A stretch of 63,960 bases of DNA, filler included, from Ionaspis alba (taxonomy: Eukaryota), in the NCBI GenBank assembly GCA_964255285.1. It is 3 parts of 3 records of this genome, joined end to end, with 100 filler letters (N's around TTAATTAATTAA, not from the genome) between each part and the next. Parts side by side here need not be neighbours in the genome. Positions count along the whole stretch, not along the records: positions 1 to 21,572 come from CAXUUL010000220.1; positions 21,673 to 43,235 come from CAXUUL010000221.1; 1 more part is not named here. The stretch is one strand, 5' to 3'. Positions within the stretch are counted from its first letter, which is position 1; every line of letters starts with the position of its first letter. A program made the position numbers and the translations under genes. Shown in pieces: positions 12,403 through 25,849 of this stretch. Under the pieces are notes generated by a model. That model was not told the origin of the DNA, did not search any database, and was given only the letters and a program-made list of their open reading frames with translations.

Positions 12403-13350
12403 TGTCGTTGGGGCAATGGAGCCATACGCAGGACGAAGTCGGAATCCTTTGCGTGAGCGGCTGTGGTCGTGGATGTGATTCAGGCAAGGGAAGGTCGTTA
12501 AAATGAGTGACGGTTGAGGAGGAAGGAATGGCGGTAAAGGAGTGTCTCATCTATGACTATAGTGAAGGTGGACGCTTGCTGAAGACAGGAGGTTGGCAGT
12601 CCGTCACGAGGGCTGCCTGAGCCCTCATTTGACACCCGACGTCAGCAGCATTGCACACCGGGATATTGACTACGCAAAGTACCGGAATTATGAATCAAGG
12701 AATCCCGTGACCTTGAACTTCGGTCCACTTGATGGCCGAATTTAGGTCGGTGATGTTCCTAACTTGTGAAAACCCTTTCTCGAATCGTGAAATCTTACTA
12801 TCTATCACCCTAGAGTCCAGAGAGCAATTACGGCGCCAGCTGACCATAGTTTGTATCCAGCGTGCAAAAGAAAACATTCAGGAACTGCAGGAGTTTCGTG
12901 CCGAGATAGACATGACCCTGCCTGTAAACAGACATTCGCTCCTGTCGATCGCGTAAGACGAGTCATAGGACGGAGAAAACAGATCCATGCATTGGCCTGC
13001 TGCCTGCGAGACACCTGGCACAAAATACACGGCCAGGCTCGAACCAGCATCATGTTGTGTAACTCGAGATTGAGGAAACAAGGCGGAGAATGCCTGTCGT
13101 CTGTGTTTTCCCGTTGCATACGATGGTGTGGGGGTCGCATTGAGACCAAAGCCTCTTTACATGTGCTTTTTACTTTCACGTCTGGTATAATCTGCTCCTC
13201 AAGGGCAGTACTTACGACCTCAAGGATCAGCTGTATCTTCAGCTTAACGCGGTTGGCGTCGTGAGAGTTTGAACATCTATTTCCAAGTTGCAATGATTGG
13301 GTATCATTCGTCTTGTTCCACATCTGGCATCTTCACATGCTTTGCGAAAA

Positions 13351-14669
13351 TCATCCTGACACCCGTCGATTCTCAATATCGACTATCCAGCTCCTGATGA
13401 CACCTTTCAGCTGCCCCTCCACACCCTCTTCATGCCAAAAATGTCCAGCACCTGCTATCTCTGAAAAGGTGAATTGCGAGCCTGGTGTGTCCTTGAGATG
13501 CTGGGCCCATTTCCGAAGCTTTCTCTGAGATGTGAAAAAGTCCTTGTCACCATAAACAGCAAGTGCCGGATGTTTCAGAAGCTTGTGATCTTCCGAGTGC
13601 AATGTTTGACTGGTACTCTCATGCCTTGACGAATGATGATATCCTTTTCCCGAGACACCCAGTTTGCTAAACATTGTAGCAAATGAAGAAATGGGTGGTA
13701 ATAATGGCGAGATCAGGAGATAACATGTTTGTGGTGGGACGATACTACCGGATGCCAGTTTCACTTCTAGCGGTGGTGAGGGGGGAGTTCCGCTTCGACT
13801 TGATTTCCTAATTCGGAGTTTTACCCTTGAGCGATCCATACTTCGTCTCACAACATCGATACTCCGTCCCGACTCCCGACTCTTGCGAGTACCAGGCTCT
13901 GATTCTTCCCCTCCGACGCTGACAGTTTGGGAGTGTCGTTGGACAGCGTCGTCTACGGTCAAGCTTCGACCCCTGTTTCGGGTTTGTCGAGCTTCTGCGT
14001 TCCATTGATGAGTTAGATTTAAGGCTCGAAGTCGAACCTCAGCCTCGGCAGTACCTTGAGCTACCGTATCGAAGTGAGAGATAATGGCTTCGATGGACGG
14101 TAAACTCAATGTTAACAAGGACCCATAAGAGTAGCCCCCCAGTATCAATATCATGCTTGGAGTGCCAAGATCCATAGAATTGGGATATTGTTGTGTAGTA
14201 GACTGTATCGGTGAAAGAGGGCTCCCGTCGCCAGGACGAGAGTTCTCCGTAGAAGACTTAGCCATATTTGGATTGAGTCCGTGGAGATAATATATGAAGA
14301 ATCCAACAAACGAAATGTAGTCTGACAGCTCAGGTTTCGCCGTCCAACTAGTGCTGCCCTTTGAAGCACCAGCACCTCTACTGATAGATCAGCAATCAAC
14401 ACAAAGCTGGAACGTAGTAAAGAGAGTGACCTGAGGTTGAAAGTTCCCACCACGAACCCTTTCTTGAGAATCTCAGCAACAGCAACTTGGACGACTGGAT
14501 CATCATAGCACCCTCCAAGAGGGGCGTAGGGATGTGCGACGATTGCACCTTTTTTTCGCCATGATTCTTTGGTCACTGTGAACCTGGAAGGGTGATATAC
14601 TCGACATTCCAGCGGCGTGTCATCATGAATTGAGGGAATCGTAAAGCTCGAGATAGGAGAATGTACCAT
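13351..14669 (-). CDS. Alpha/beta-hydrolase fold protein; 2 exons
   Basis: 'AHPYAPLGGCYDDPVV', 'FNLR|GAG…SWT', nucleophile elbow 'GGYSYGS', 'YGDKDFFT' and 'GAGHFW'. Intron about 14378-14430 (GTCACT...TAG). Confidence 0.85.
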
Positions 14670-15237
14670 GTTGCGGGTTGACCCGCTCAATACCTTGGAT
14701 CATCACAAGATTTAAGAAGATAGAGGTGGGTCATGGCATTATACACAATTCTCTGGTGGCTTTATGGTAGTTTGCACGGGAGTCTGGCTACTCTGGCGTC
14801 ATCGAAGTACACTTGAATTGGTCTGTAATTATGAATTATAGCGATAATAATAATAATGTCCTTGAGCCACGGATTTAGTGTCATAGTACCGAGGCTTGCG
14901 CTTAAAAAGGTTAGATCGATGCTAATCATTAGTGAGCGATCTCGAATTAGGCGATGTAAACAAACGAAGAAGCATAGCAATTCGATCCATCGTCCTCATC
15001 TTTCCCAGCATTGTTGCAATTGCACACCTACGGCCTCTGCAGAGTGTTCCAGGTCATGAACTCTGCATAGCCCCAATATCTCGTCCTTGAGATTTCAGTA
15101 AGCCATAGTCTGTACCTACACGCACAGTTGGCTTGTCCTCCATTTTCCGCTTACATTGAGGTACTTCGTTCTCTGGCACCACGATGAGCAAATAGCCGGC
15201 ACAAACTTGCTAACATAATAAGTCACAGATTGTAGCA

Positions 15238-18200
15238 ATGGCACAGTCGCCAAGCACCCAACAACGCGCACAGTTGATTCGTGAGATGTCTCGAGATCTG
15301 AATCGAACGCGCCATTCCACATCATCCAGAGTATCGAACGACGATGGGGGATTTACGACCTCGGACTTCGACCCAGATCACGATGCTTTGATGTCAACTC
15401 GGCAACTCGACAACTTCTCCCAGCGCCTGCCAGAGTTACGTGCTAGCGCGCAGAAATATGGTCGTTACAGTCGTCCGGAACCTGACTACGCAATCAACAC
15501 ATCAGCTATAGCCCGAGCTTTCCCCGACTTTACACAAGGACCGTCTTCGTTGGACGATGATAGTAGGTCTATCGAGATTGGTAGGGGATTGAAGAACGGT
15601 CCCAATGAAGAGTTGGCCCGCTCAAGGGAGTTTTCATCCAACGCCGGAAACAGCATGGACTTCTCACCAGCCATGATCGGTAATTACCGAGCCATGAACA
15701 CACCGCCTAAGCGACCTTCCCAACCGACAAAGAAAACAGGCGAGGTCAACAACGATCCTCTACGACGCAGCACCCAAGTTCGCCGTGCTTCCAGTCTACA
15801 AAAGCAGGTTCTTCCATCATCTCCACCTGCTGCAAAGACAACCGATTATGGGTCTGGTGGAAGCAGACAAGGAAGTGCTGAACATCGTCAAACGCTTGCC
15901 GCCATCCATGCACGCGTTACTGACGGTTATGATGATTCTGTAATCAGTGAGGAGCGTCCTGCCACGGTCAATTTGACCTCCAGGAGTACAAGATTTGGGA
16001 GTGGTCGCACCGCAAAGGCATCTGAAGCACCTACCTTGCCTTCAAACTTCACATCCACCCAGGGTTTCATTAGAGCTGCGTCTCAAGGACCTGCTGACAA
16101 ACAGCACGAGACCAGAGGCCAGGTGAACAACGGCACCGTGTCTTCAGTCAATGCTGGTAATCAACATTCGATCATGCTTCCAGACTTACCAAACCTCTCC
16201 GAGCTAGTTTCTGGGGTTTTTGAGGACGGTACACCAGTTTTCTCCCGCCACGGCAACGCTCGAGCCCCTAGGTTTGTCTCAGGCTCTCGTCGGAAGGAGA
16301 TCTCAGCTGCTGGGGAGACGTTTGCAAAAGTCTCTGGAATTCCAGTCCCGGATGACGAACAAGCCATTTTTGTGTCCTTGAGACTCCTTCAGGACAAGGT
16401 GGCGGATCTCGAGAAATCTCGCGCAGAAGCCGAATCAACGATCCAGGAGCTGCAGGAGAAGAATCAGATCCTGGAGCGGGAAAGGTCGGAGAGCAAAAGA
16501 TTCAGAAGAAGTGACAGTGCTTTAGGCACCACTGATGGTAGTGATGCAGGTGATGAGGGAACTAGGGGCCCACGCAAGTGGATCATTGAAAAGACTCGTG
16601 GGTCAATATCTCAAAATAACAAAGGTCATCGGCTGATTTGTCTGCTAGGCCTCGAATCGTCAATTAGAGCTCTCCAAGAGCAGGCGAATATCGTGAATCG
16701 CAAAATCTCTGTGTCAGACATTACCATCAAGAATCTCACCCAAGAACGAGACTCTGCTGTGGCTCAGCTGGGTGTCGCCTACTTCACCACGGAGCAATTG
16801 AAAGGTGAGAACGAGCTGTTGAGCAACGAAAATCGACAATTAAAAGCGGAGGTTGCCCTCTTGAAAGCAAACCACAGCGACAAGACTCAGAAAATGATCA
16901 AGCTTGAGGAGAGCTTGCGCAGGAAGATTCAGCGGAGAGATGAGACAGTCCAGGAGTTGCGAGGAATAACCGGAAATATTCAACAGGCCAGAAACAAACT
17001 CGGTCAAACCAAAACTCCCGGAACAGCTGCGGCACAGGTCGTGGAGCAAGATGAGAACACTCGTCGAAGAGGCCAAGCTCGTAATGTGGCGTCAGAGAAG
17101 GAAGCTCATGTTCAGGATGTACCAAGGCGCAAAAAGACCAGAATGGTCGTTGAGGAATACTCTGAGAGTGAGGATTCAGTCAATGGAGAAAGCACCGGTA
17201 TCTCCAAGACCGCGAAGCAGCCAACACTGAACGGTGTAAATACGGAGGGCCATGAGAATGCAGAAGATATGACATTCTTGAGCTTTATTGATGTAAGATC
17301 GTGCGTTTGTCCTTGTGGAACAACAACTCATATTCAACAGGACCGTGAGATCGAGAACCTCCGCAAGACTCTGGAGCAGGAGCGTCTTGCACGGAAGCAA
17401 CGAGGAGGGCTCTTTCAAGGCTTGAAGTCGGCGGCAGATGCTACAAAAACGGTAGATACCGCCGCACAGAAAGCTCCTGTTGTACCGCGAAAGTCATCAA
17501 TGAAAGACTTGACGGGACGTGTTAGCAACAAGGCAAACAGCACCGCTCATACTCAGCAAGATTTTGATCTTGTGAGTGGTGTCCCAGAACCTGATTTTAT
17601 AGGATGCTTACCTATTGACAGACGACCCAGTCGAAAGCCTCAGCAACTCATCATCGTCGCCATTCCGAGAACAGCCTCCTAGAACAGCGCAACCAGCGAC
17701 GTGGTCTTGGAATGGAAGAGATGACCTCTGCTTTCATCCTACCCGATATCACAATGCGTGTTCCTACAGCAGGCGCCGATCCTACGCAGAAGACTTTCCA
17801 TGCAGGACCGGAACTTTTCGACCTGCTACCAAAGCACGACGGTCAGAATTGCACGATTTGCAAACGCGTGGTCGAGCCAGGGACCCCCCACAATCATGAT
17901 GAGCCTGCAAAGGAGACGATCAAGATCTCCAAGCCAGTACCCGTCTCCGAACGCATGCCCGAGAAAAGCCCCTACGAGGAGGAACCAACTATTCGCCCCG
18001 CCGAACCTCCTGCTATCGCGCTTGCCAAAGTAATGAAATGTCTCGAAGACGAGCTTGCGCACCTCAAGCTACAGCAAACTCACTACCAAGCTCTTTACAA
18101 CCAGCACGATCCCTCTCTCAGCAAACGCAAGCGCAAATCCGTCCTTGCCAAGATTGAGAAACTGATCAACGCTATCGATGCAAAGGCTGATCAGATCTAC

Positions 18201-18240
18201 GCACTGTACGATGTACTCGAGGGCCAGAAGGCTGATGGAA
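15238..18240 (+). CDS. ppc89: Spindle-pole-body protein Ppc89/Cep57-like; at least 4 exons, 3' end lost in gap
   Basis: Conserved 'INTSAIARAFPDF', 'LPDLPNLSELVSG', 'IFVSLRLLQDKV', coiled coils, 'TSAFILPDIT', 'HDGQNCTIC' and Cep57 microtubule-binding-like 'EEEPTIRP…ALAKVMKCLEDELAHLK…KADQIYALYDVLEGQK'. Confidence 0.75.
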
Positions 18241-18792
18241 NNNNNNNNNNNNNNNNNNNNNNNNNNNNNNNNNNNNNNNNNNNNNNNNNNNNNNNNNNNN
18301 NNNNNNNNNNNNNNNNNNNNNNNNNNNNNNNNNNNNNNNNCTGTGCTCGGGAAGATCCGCGTATTGACTGACTTCGGTGTATGTCTACGGGTTGAACTCT
18401 CCGGTGCTAGGCTCCTCTGCCTGATTTTTTCTCTTCAGTGGCAGTTGGATTGGGGTCGTATCACGAAGGCTTGGTGATGTTGATTTGTCAAAAGCAAGAT
18501 GTGTTCCTCTCGTTCTTTGGTACTCGGAGTTGTGGATTCTAAAGCATACGGTCTGGTGTTCCTTGTTGTACTTGGGTAGTTTGTTGAGGCGTCTGATAGC
18601 ATGCAATTGAACTTCCTACTTTCAAGAAAACACAACAACCCTGACAACTGCTAGTGCTTTTGCATCCGTAAATTGATCTTTTAATTTTTTGACATGGAGC
18701 TTTTCGTCAAACCAACAACCTTGCCATGCATGTAAGGGGGTATCTTGCTTTATATCTAAAACACAAATCCCAAACGCCACCGCTATGCTCAA

Positions 18793-20031
18793 TCAAAGGG
18801 GATCATCCATAACAACATCCCCAGTCACAGCCACCTCCGCCGGTCCAGCACTTCCACCCATGCCTCCCACTCCACCTTTCTCGGCCTTCTCAATCGCAAT
18901 GAAGCAGCCCAGTCCTGCGTGTGCCTCCAGCAGTGCTCTGGCACAATACTCCATGACATCGTATCCGCCAGCCGTGATCAGCGGATCCCTTCTCGCATTC
19001 TCCAGCCACTCATGCTCGTACGCATCCCCCAGTTGATAGTACCTCCTCTCCATGTTCAAACCTCCGAAAGGATCGTACTCCTTCTCTGGCTCCACGACCT
19101 CTGCAGGTTTCAGCCCTGGGATAAAGAAACCTCCTCCAGATGTTCCGTTATTCCCAACTCCATTTTCTTCTGCCTCCGCGATCTGCAATCTGCCCAGTTC
19201 GCCCATCTGTTGCTCCCGTCTGGCCAGTTCTGCCGCTGTTCGACGTGCCGAGCTCTTCTTCAGCACTACTTTCTGCCCCTCCCTTGCGATCGCCTCAGGA
19301 TCTCCTTTGCCCTCTGCTATCCTATTCACGATCTCCTGTCTCGCGGTCTCCCTCTCCCTGCGTTCCTCCTCCTCGGCCTCTCTCGCTGCTTGCTTGTCTA
19401 GTCGAGAAAGCTCTTTCTGAGCAGCTTCGCGCTTTTGCAGGGAAGAGTGTTCTTGTGAAGCAAGAGCGGCATTTCTGGCGATTGACGAAGTGTTCTGCTT
19501 GGCGTATGCAGCGATTTTGGCCTCCGTCGCGGGAACATCGATGTTCTCTATGAGATTGAACGTAACGTCTTCTTTCATTTCGAGGTAGTCGTTGTAGGCG
19601 CGGAGAGAGACGAAGTCTTCTTCCCTGCGGTTGAAGCTGGCGACTATGGTTAGTACGAGCGAATTGTGGTAGGTGGAGTTATGGGTAGACATACACATCC
19701 TCAACTCGTCGCCTTATATCACACTCCCGCTCGATCTTGATATCTGCAAAGGTTTGTACCTTGAACTTGTTCTTCCGCAGCGTACGACGGCACCCAGCGA
19801 CAGGGCAGGGAGCGGGACCGTGCGAGAAGATGCGTTCGACGCAGGAATCGCACATGCGGTGGTAACACTCGGGATTGATTTTGAAGGTCATTCTCGGATT
19901 GAGGTAGCGAGAGGTCTTGCACACAGGACATTTGTCTGTAAGTGATAGGGGCTGTTAGTAGATGTGCCCTAAAGGAGACGAGAGAGCTCACCATCAGCAT
20001 CTTGAGGTCTTGCACCCGTGAGGGGCGGCAT
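18793..20031 (-). CDS. TFB3: CDK-activating kinase assembly factor MAT1 / TFIIH subunit Tfb3; 3 exons
   Basis: RING finger 'CPVCKTSRYLNP…CYHRMCDSCVERIFSHGPAPCPVAGC', then 'FNRREEDF…AYNDYLE' and 'AGGYDVMEYC.RAL.EA'. The ATG at 20031 splices into the RING exon. Confidence 0.92.
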
Positions 20032-20435
20032 CTTCGACGTCCCGACAGGTAGCCTCGACGACGTGACAAGTAGCAGCAATAATATAGAGGCCCCAAACCC
20101 CGGACGTCCAATAGGGCGTAGCGTTGCTGACAAATTGTTTTGATAGCTTCAGCATTCATTAGGCAAACTCAGCCGAGGCCCATTCCAAGCATTTACCGGT
20201 CTTCTTCTCTCTGCAATTTCCGACGTTCCCTTTATATAACCATTGCGGTGTTGGTCTAATCCATTCGCCGGTTGTATACAGTATAATGAAGGCGCCTGCA
20301 AACTATGACTTTGCAGCCTGAAGTAGAGTGAAAGATCATAATGCTATATAGCCGCTGTGTCTACCTGCTTCTATTGTTTACGTGCATTGATATCTGTTGC
20401 GTCCTTTGCAGGTCTCCTTCGAATTTTTCGCTGCC

Positions 20436-21572
20436 ATGGCAGCCTCTATCAACGTCCTGTCGAATGAGCTCCTTTTACAGATCATTGAATCCGTCGATGA
20501 CCGCATGACTCTTCTAAATCTAATGCTTTGCTCAAGGCGATTGAGCGACCTCACTAAGCCCCAACTCTACTCGTCAGTTGCTTTCACATATCCGCATCAA
20601 GGCTACGAAGTGCTTCATGCCTTCGCTCGTGCTGTTCTAAGCTCTTCGGAACTCGCATCCTATGTCCGCTCATTTGCCATTGACGCCTGGAGCACCCAGG
20701 ATGATGACAAATGCAGACCGGAGACTTCCTTCAACTTGTATGAAGATCTTGAGTTCGACTTCCTAGAGACTGAAGTCAAGCGTCAGAGTCAATCGGACGA
20801 AGAACGGGAGACGTGGATTGTTGATCTGAAGAATGGAGTCGAAGATGCACTCCTCGTCCTAATACTCCCTACCCTGAGCAAGCTTGACCATTTACAAGTG
20901 GAGACTCCTTATGGCCCTGGCTATTACGAGACTATGCTTCAGCGAATTAGAACTCGTCTAAACCCCGACTTTCTACCGTACTTTCAGGCCTTGACGACTG
21001 TGACCACTTGGTGGTCTGACACCGAGAATGGACTAGACTTCAAGTGGGTCCGTCCTTTCTTTACGATACCGTCATTACGAAAGTTTTCCGGCACTATGAT
21101 TAAGGATCCGGAGAGACCGCTTGACGAAGATATGCAGTGGTTGATGGGAGCAGACGATCCAATGAATGAAGTCTTGCTTCCGGGTTCATCTGGAGTCCTG
21201 GATATAGAGCTAAACAGGAGCAATATCGGTCCTGATAGCCTCTGTGAGATTATCAGAGCTTGTAAGAATCTCAGGACTTTCAAATACATACACGCCGATG
21301 TAAATGTGGGAGGTCGTCTTTTCTTCCCATCTGCCTTGGGTCCAGCACTCCAGGAAGTAAAACAGAGTCTAGAGAGCCTCTGGCTAGACTACGATCAGGA
21401 CATTCCTGGTAATGGGACGGAAGAAGAATACGACTCCCTTGGCTCTCTCCGAGATTTCACAGCACTCAAACATTTCCGTGGAATACGATCAGATCTCACA
21501 AGCTCGCCATGGGAGTCTTGTCTCAGCCTCGTCGAGAACCTCCCCGCAGCGATTGAAGATCTACATTTCAGC
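20436..21572 (+). CDS. F-box/LRR-like accessory protein; 3' end truncated by linker gap
   Basis: 'INVLSNELLLQII…LLNLMLCSRRLSDLTKPQLYSSV' F-box-like start; LRR-like 'CKNLRTFKY', 'SLESLWLD' and 'LGSLRDFTALKHF'. Confidence 0.75.
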
Positions 21573-21672
21573 NNNNNNNNNNNNNNNNNNNNNNNNNNNN
21601 NNNNNNNNNNNNNNNNTTAATTAATTAANNNNNNNNNNNNNNNNNNNNNNNNNNNNNNNNNNNNNNNNNNNN
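21573..21672. other. Assembly gap with artificial six-frame stop linker (N44-TTAATTAATTAA-N44)
   Basis: An identical construct occurs at 43236-43335. Flanking genes are truncated. Confidence 0.95.
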
Positions 21673-24600
21673 TCCAACAGACTCTGCTACAATCGCTCGG
21701 TCCGGCGCTTCGGGCTCGTCTGGTTGTGAGTCCGGCACGATTTGCGAGTCCGCATTGCCCTGATCGAGGAAATCGGCATCGGGATCATCCTCGCGGTCTT
21801 CGATGGCGCGCAGGAAGGCGAGTTTCTTCGGGTCTTCAGCGATCTTGCCGACATTCTCGTTTTCCAGGAGGGCTTTGCGCATTTTGGCGAAGTCGCGGCG
21901 TTTGGCGCGGCGGCGGGCTTCGAGGTCGGAGTCGGAGTCGGAGAGGTCGAAGTCGGCGCCGCCGCGTTTGCGGCGCAGCATGCCGCTGTTGATGTCTTTG
22001 AAGAGTTTGGAGATTGCTTTTTCGTCGGTGGCGCGCTCTTTGTTGCTGGGAGGGGTTTAGTATATATTGATAATGGTGATCTGGGTGTTTTGGGAATACT
22101 TACGCGTAGAACGCTGCTAGTTCTCTTTCATCCACGTTGACTTCTCCTTCATCAATCATCTTCCTGACTTCTTCGTCTTCTTCACCCGCACTCTCGTCGT
22201 CACTGGCACCGCCTAGTCCTGCATATTCATCCTCGGATTCCTCAGCCTGCTCCTCTACCATTCCTCTGGCATTGCTCTTCTTCTTATCGAATGCTTCGAC
22301 TGTAGGTACAACATTTTTGCCTGCTTTCTTCAATATGTCAAAAGCATTGGCAGATATTTCAAATTCATTCTTGTTGATATCGGAGACATTATCCTCTTCA
22401 TCCGATTTGGATAGAACCGGTACGGCATCTGCTCGTCGTCGAAGTCGGCCTTTCTTCTTCATTACCGGAGAATCGTCTTTTGCAGGGACATCGAGAAGGA
22501 CGGTATCGATAGTGGAGGGGGGTGCAGGAGCGAAACGATTTGCAAATGGCGAGGACTGTCCAAATCCAACATCTTGTGTTGGGTCTGGAATATCGGAATA
22601 CTGTGTAGCTGTCGGAATGTCTTGGTCTCCGAGATTTGGCGTCTCGTATTGTATCTGAGATTGAGAAAAGTGAAGCTCGATGTCTGGTGCCTGCGTCGTG
22701 TTGCCATGATCTACGGCATTTGACTCTCTTTGGCTATCAAAAATGACTGTCTGGGTTGACTCCAGTTCCGTAGTACATTCACCAAGCTTTGGCAAATTCC
22801 GCAGTAGGGCGAGCGAATCCTGCTCGTATTCTTCTTCAGGCATGTCACGATTCAACTGGGTCTGACTCTCAGCCATTGTGGCGGCGAATGCTTGTGTCAA
22901 TCCCATAGGGGCGTTGTCAGAGCCCAGCAGTTTCGGTACCAGAGGATTGTTCGGTTGCTCAAGCGGCGACATCTGCATGACAGTCTTTACAGTTCCAACG
23001 TCTTCATCCTCATCATCCAAGACACGGTTGCCCTTCTTCCTTCGATAGATTCTCCGGACTAGCGTGTCTTCATCCATTTCGTCCTCATCGGGATTGTCCT
23101 GGTCAGAAGCCTTCTCGTCTTCTTCGTCTTGGCCGTCCTCGGAAGCTTCAGCTTCGATCAATTTCGCTTCAGTGGCCGAGACACCATCGAATTCGATGTC
23201 GTTTCCCTCATCATCTTCTTCCATCCCTTCCTCATCGTTCTCCTCCTCGTCCTCTTCTTCACTGAGATCATCGGAATTATCCTCTTGTTCTTCATCGTCT
23301 GCTTCGTCCTCGGCCTCAAGCGCTGCAACATCAGACCCTCTTTCCTCGTAGTCTTCATCCTCGTCACTAGAACCGACGTCTTCTCCATTCTGTCTTTTTT
23401 CCTTTCTCACGGCATCCTTCTCCTTCTTCATTATTTCTTCGCCCTCTCGTCGGGCCTTTTCGAGTAGATCTTCGATCTCGACCTGGTCACGTTGCCTTTC
23501 TTCTGCACTTTGAATAATAATACCTCGATCCTTCAGATCCTGGATTTTCTCGGCTCGTTCCTGGGCAGCTTGTTGCCTAGCACGTCTTTGCAAGGAGGTT
23601 TGCATCTCTACAGGCGTCATGGATGGCCTGCCCTTATGTTTCTGCTTTCCAGGAGACGCAATATGTGCCAATGCGCGTAAAACATGCAGCGATTTGCCTT
23701 CTGTGGCTTTCTTGGGCTGCAGCTTGTCAAAGATGTCAAGTCTCTTTGATCTGACCTTGCTGGCTTTCATTACCTCGAGGTCGCTATCGGAATCTAAGTC
23801 GATATCAGCGCCACCCGTAATGTCCTTTGAAAGTTTTACTTTTATCGGAGGCTTGGTGAAGACGGGCTTCTTGGGCTCTGGGAGGGGGTGATCATCAATG
23901 GCTCGTCCTTTGCCTTTGTCGGTTGGTTGACTGGCTTCCGCTATCAAATCTTCTATCGTAGGCAACTCGTCTTCATCCTCCCGAGCGTGTGTAGCGGTCC
24001 CCAATGAAGGGGCGGGTCCAGCTTCCTTCCTGTGAGACAACACGGATTCACCAATTGATATAGCAGGACTACTTGGTGGTGTCTGATGTTCTCTCGCAGC
24101 ATCAACATCGGAAGCAGGCGCTGAGCTCACTGCAGTCGAGGAGCTGGCCATGTGCGCAGCACCCGTTGAGGCTTTCGCAATACGTGGAGCCTTGAATCTC
24201 GCCAGAAATTCCATCTTGTCGATCTTTTTCTTGGTCTTTGCTTGATGAGCAAGTTGCATGTTCCGATTCATGCGTTGAGTCTCCCGGTTCATTTCCTCCA
24301 GAGCTTTCTTGCTCGCTTTGCGCGTTGGTCTGGCTTGTTGAGTTAACCTTCTCCCAACCGCCTCATCATCGTCCCCATCCTCATCCGAGAAGCCAGATGA
24401 AGCGGCACGCGAGGAGACGGTTTTCTTCGATTGCTTTACTGCGGTCTTCTCTCTATCTAGTCTTTTCTGCATCTCTTCAGCTTCCCTTGCTTGACGTTCC
24501 CGCCGCTTCTTCTCAACCAGAAGCAGAAGACGAGAGCTAGCTGAGGGATCCGGTTGACCGTCAGAGTCTGATGGATCCGGTCCATTCCCATCCTCGTGTA

Positions 24601-25306
24601 CTTTACTAGCTTTAGGAGCTGTTGGGGAGAGAAACAGGCCCGCAGATAAGTTGGGTGTGATAGATCGCCGTATATTAATCGAAGTCGCTGGCGAGGGTGT
24701 ACCCACAGGAGAAGATTGACGCTGTGGAGTCAAATTACCTAGAGGTTCGTTGACTGTTGAATTGACCTCTATAGGTTTCTTTCGTTTCAAGAGGAATTTC
24801 CTGGTGAGTATAGGATCTTCGCTGAGGGCCTTCTGCTCTGCATTGCTCGATTGTTGATCGTCTGCTTCGGGGGCTCCGTCGATCAATTGTCGCTTGATCC
24901 TGTCGTAAGCGTTGGTCGAGTCGGCTCCTCCATCACTATCACCCTGTCTTTCTTCACCAGTGGTGTTCTTCGCAAGCAGGCGTGCAGCCAATTTTCCTCG
25001 GGGAGCGATCACGTCACTATCTGATCCTATGCTTCCTTCTTGTCCTTCTCTAGCGTCATCCTCGACATCCACAGAGTGCTGCCGAGGTTGTATATGTGTT
25101 TTCGTAGACGTTGGAGCTTGGAGGAACGGCGAGCTTAGTGCAGTATGTGGTACATCCTCGTCCGAGTCTTTGTCAATTGCTGCAAGCATAGCCCTAACCT
25201 TGCTTCTCGGTGTCAACATTGTGGATGATTCGATCATATTAATGCTGCAGGGCGTGGAGGTCTTTGAGGCCCCGGTCGAATTCGCAGGAGTTGAAGGGGA
25301 CGACAT
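21673..25306 (-). CDS. MRC1: Mediator of replication checkpoint Mrc1/claspin-like; 3' end truncated by linker gap
   Basis: Highly acidic protein of more than 1100 aa with 'RKASKKALEEMNRETQRM', S/TQ-rich region and MRC1 domain 'MVEEQAEESEDEYAGLGGASDDE…LFKDINSGMLRRKRG…FDLSDSD'. Intron about 22047-22103. MCB site upstream. Confidence 0.88.
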
Positions 25307-25453
25307 TGCGGCGAATAAAAGAATAAAGAACACAATGATACATTGACAGCTGTAGTTAATTCATGGCCTCGATAACACCTAAGAGATTTGAGAGTGCGGA
25401 TTGCTTCGTTCTCGCGGAATCAGAGGGGTCCTCAGGGTTCCGGCGCGCCAGAG

Positions 25454-25459
25454 ACGCGT
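25454..25459. promoter_or_regulatory. MCB (MluI cell-cycle box) ACGCGT upstream of MRC1
   Basis: Exact ACGCGT about 150 bp upstream of the MRC1 ATG. MRC1 is an MBF target in yeasts. Confidence 0.6.
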
Positions 25460-25849
25460 CAACTAAATTTCTCCGCTCCGGCATCCTCACGCAGCTTGAT
25501 ACGCTAGTGACAGCTAGCGAATTGAGTACGCAATGATGGGCGTGGATCTGTGCTACTATTAAACGAAGTAGGCAGATAACACAGTGGACCCATCCTGATG
25601 AGAGAACCTGGTTCGATCATGGACGCATTTTCTGAACAGTCTGACTGCTAAGTTTACTACTGTTGAAACTACGTCCTACGAACGGTACATACATAGCCAA
25701 ACATCAAGACCAGCTCAAGAAGTCAGGATAACTTTGTCATATACCAAAGAGAATAGACCCTAGAAAATAATCATCTCAGCTAGACTGTGGCCTGTTATTT
25801 CAATCTGCGGAGCAAGACGCATATCCCCAAATAATTGGCTCAGCTCAAT

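Noticed and set aside
12695..13323. Overlapping 60-172 aa ORFs between TGL4 and the hydrolase
   Set aside because: No recognisable motifs or splice structure; likely intergenic or UTR sequence.
21617..21628. TTAATTAATTAA palindrome (also at 43280-43291)
   Set aside because: It is centred in exactly 44+44 Ns at both sites, so it is a scaffolding linker with stops in all frames and not biology.
25595..25680. CTGATGAG…GAAAC resembling a hammerhead ribozyme core or C/D snoRNA boxes
   Set aside because: No stem II closing onto GAAA, no stems I/III and no recognisable rRNA guide. An Infernal scan would settle it.
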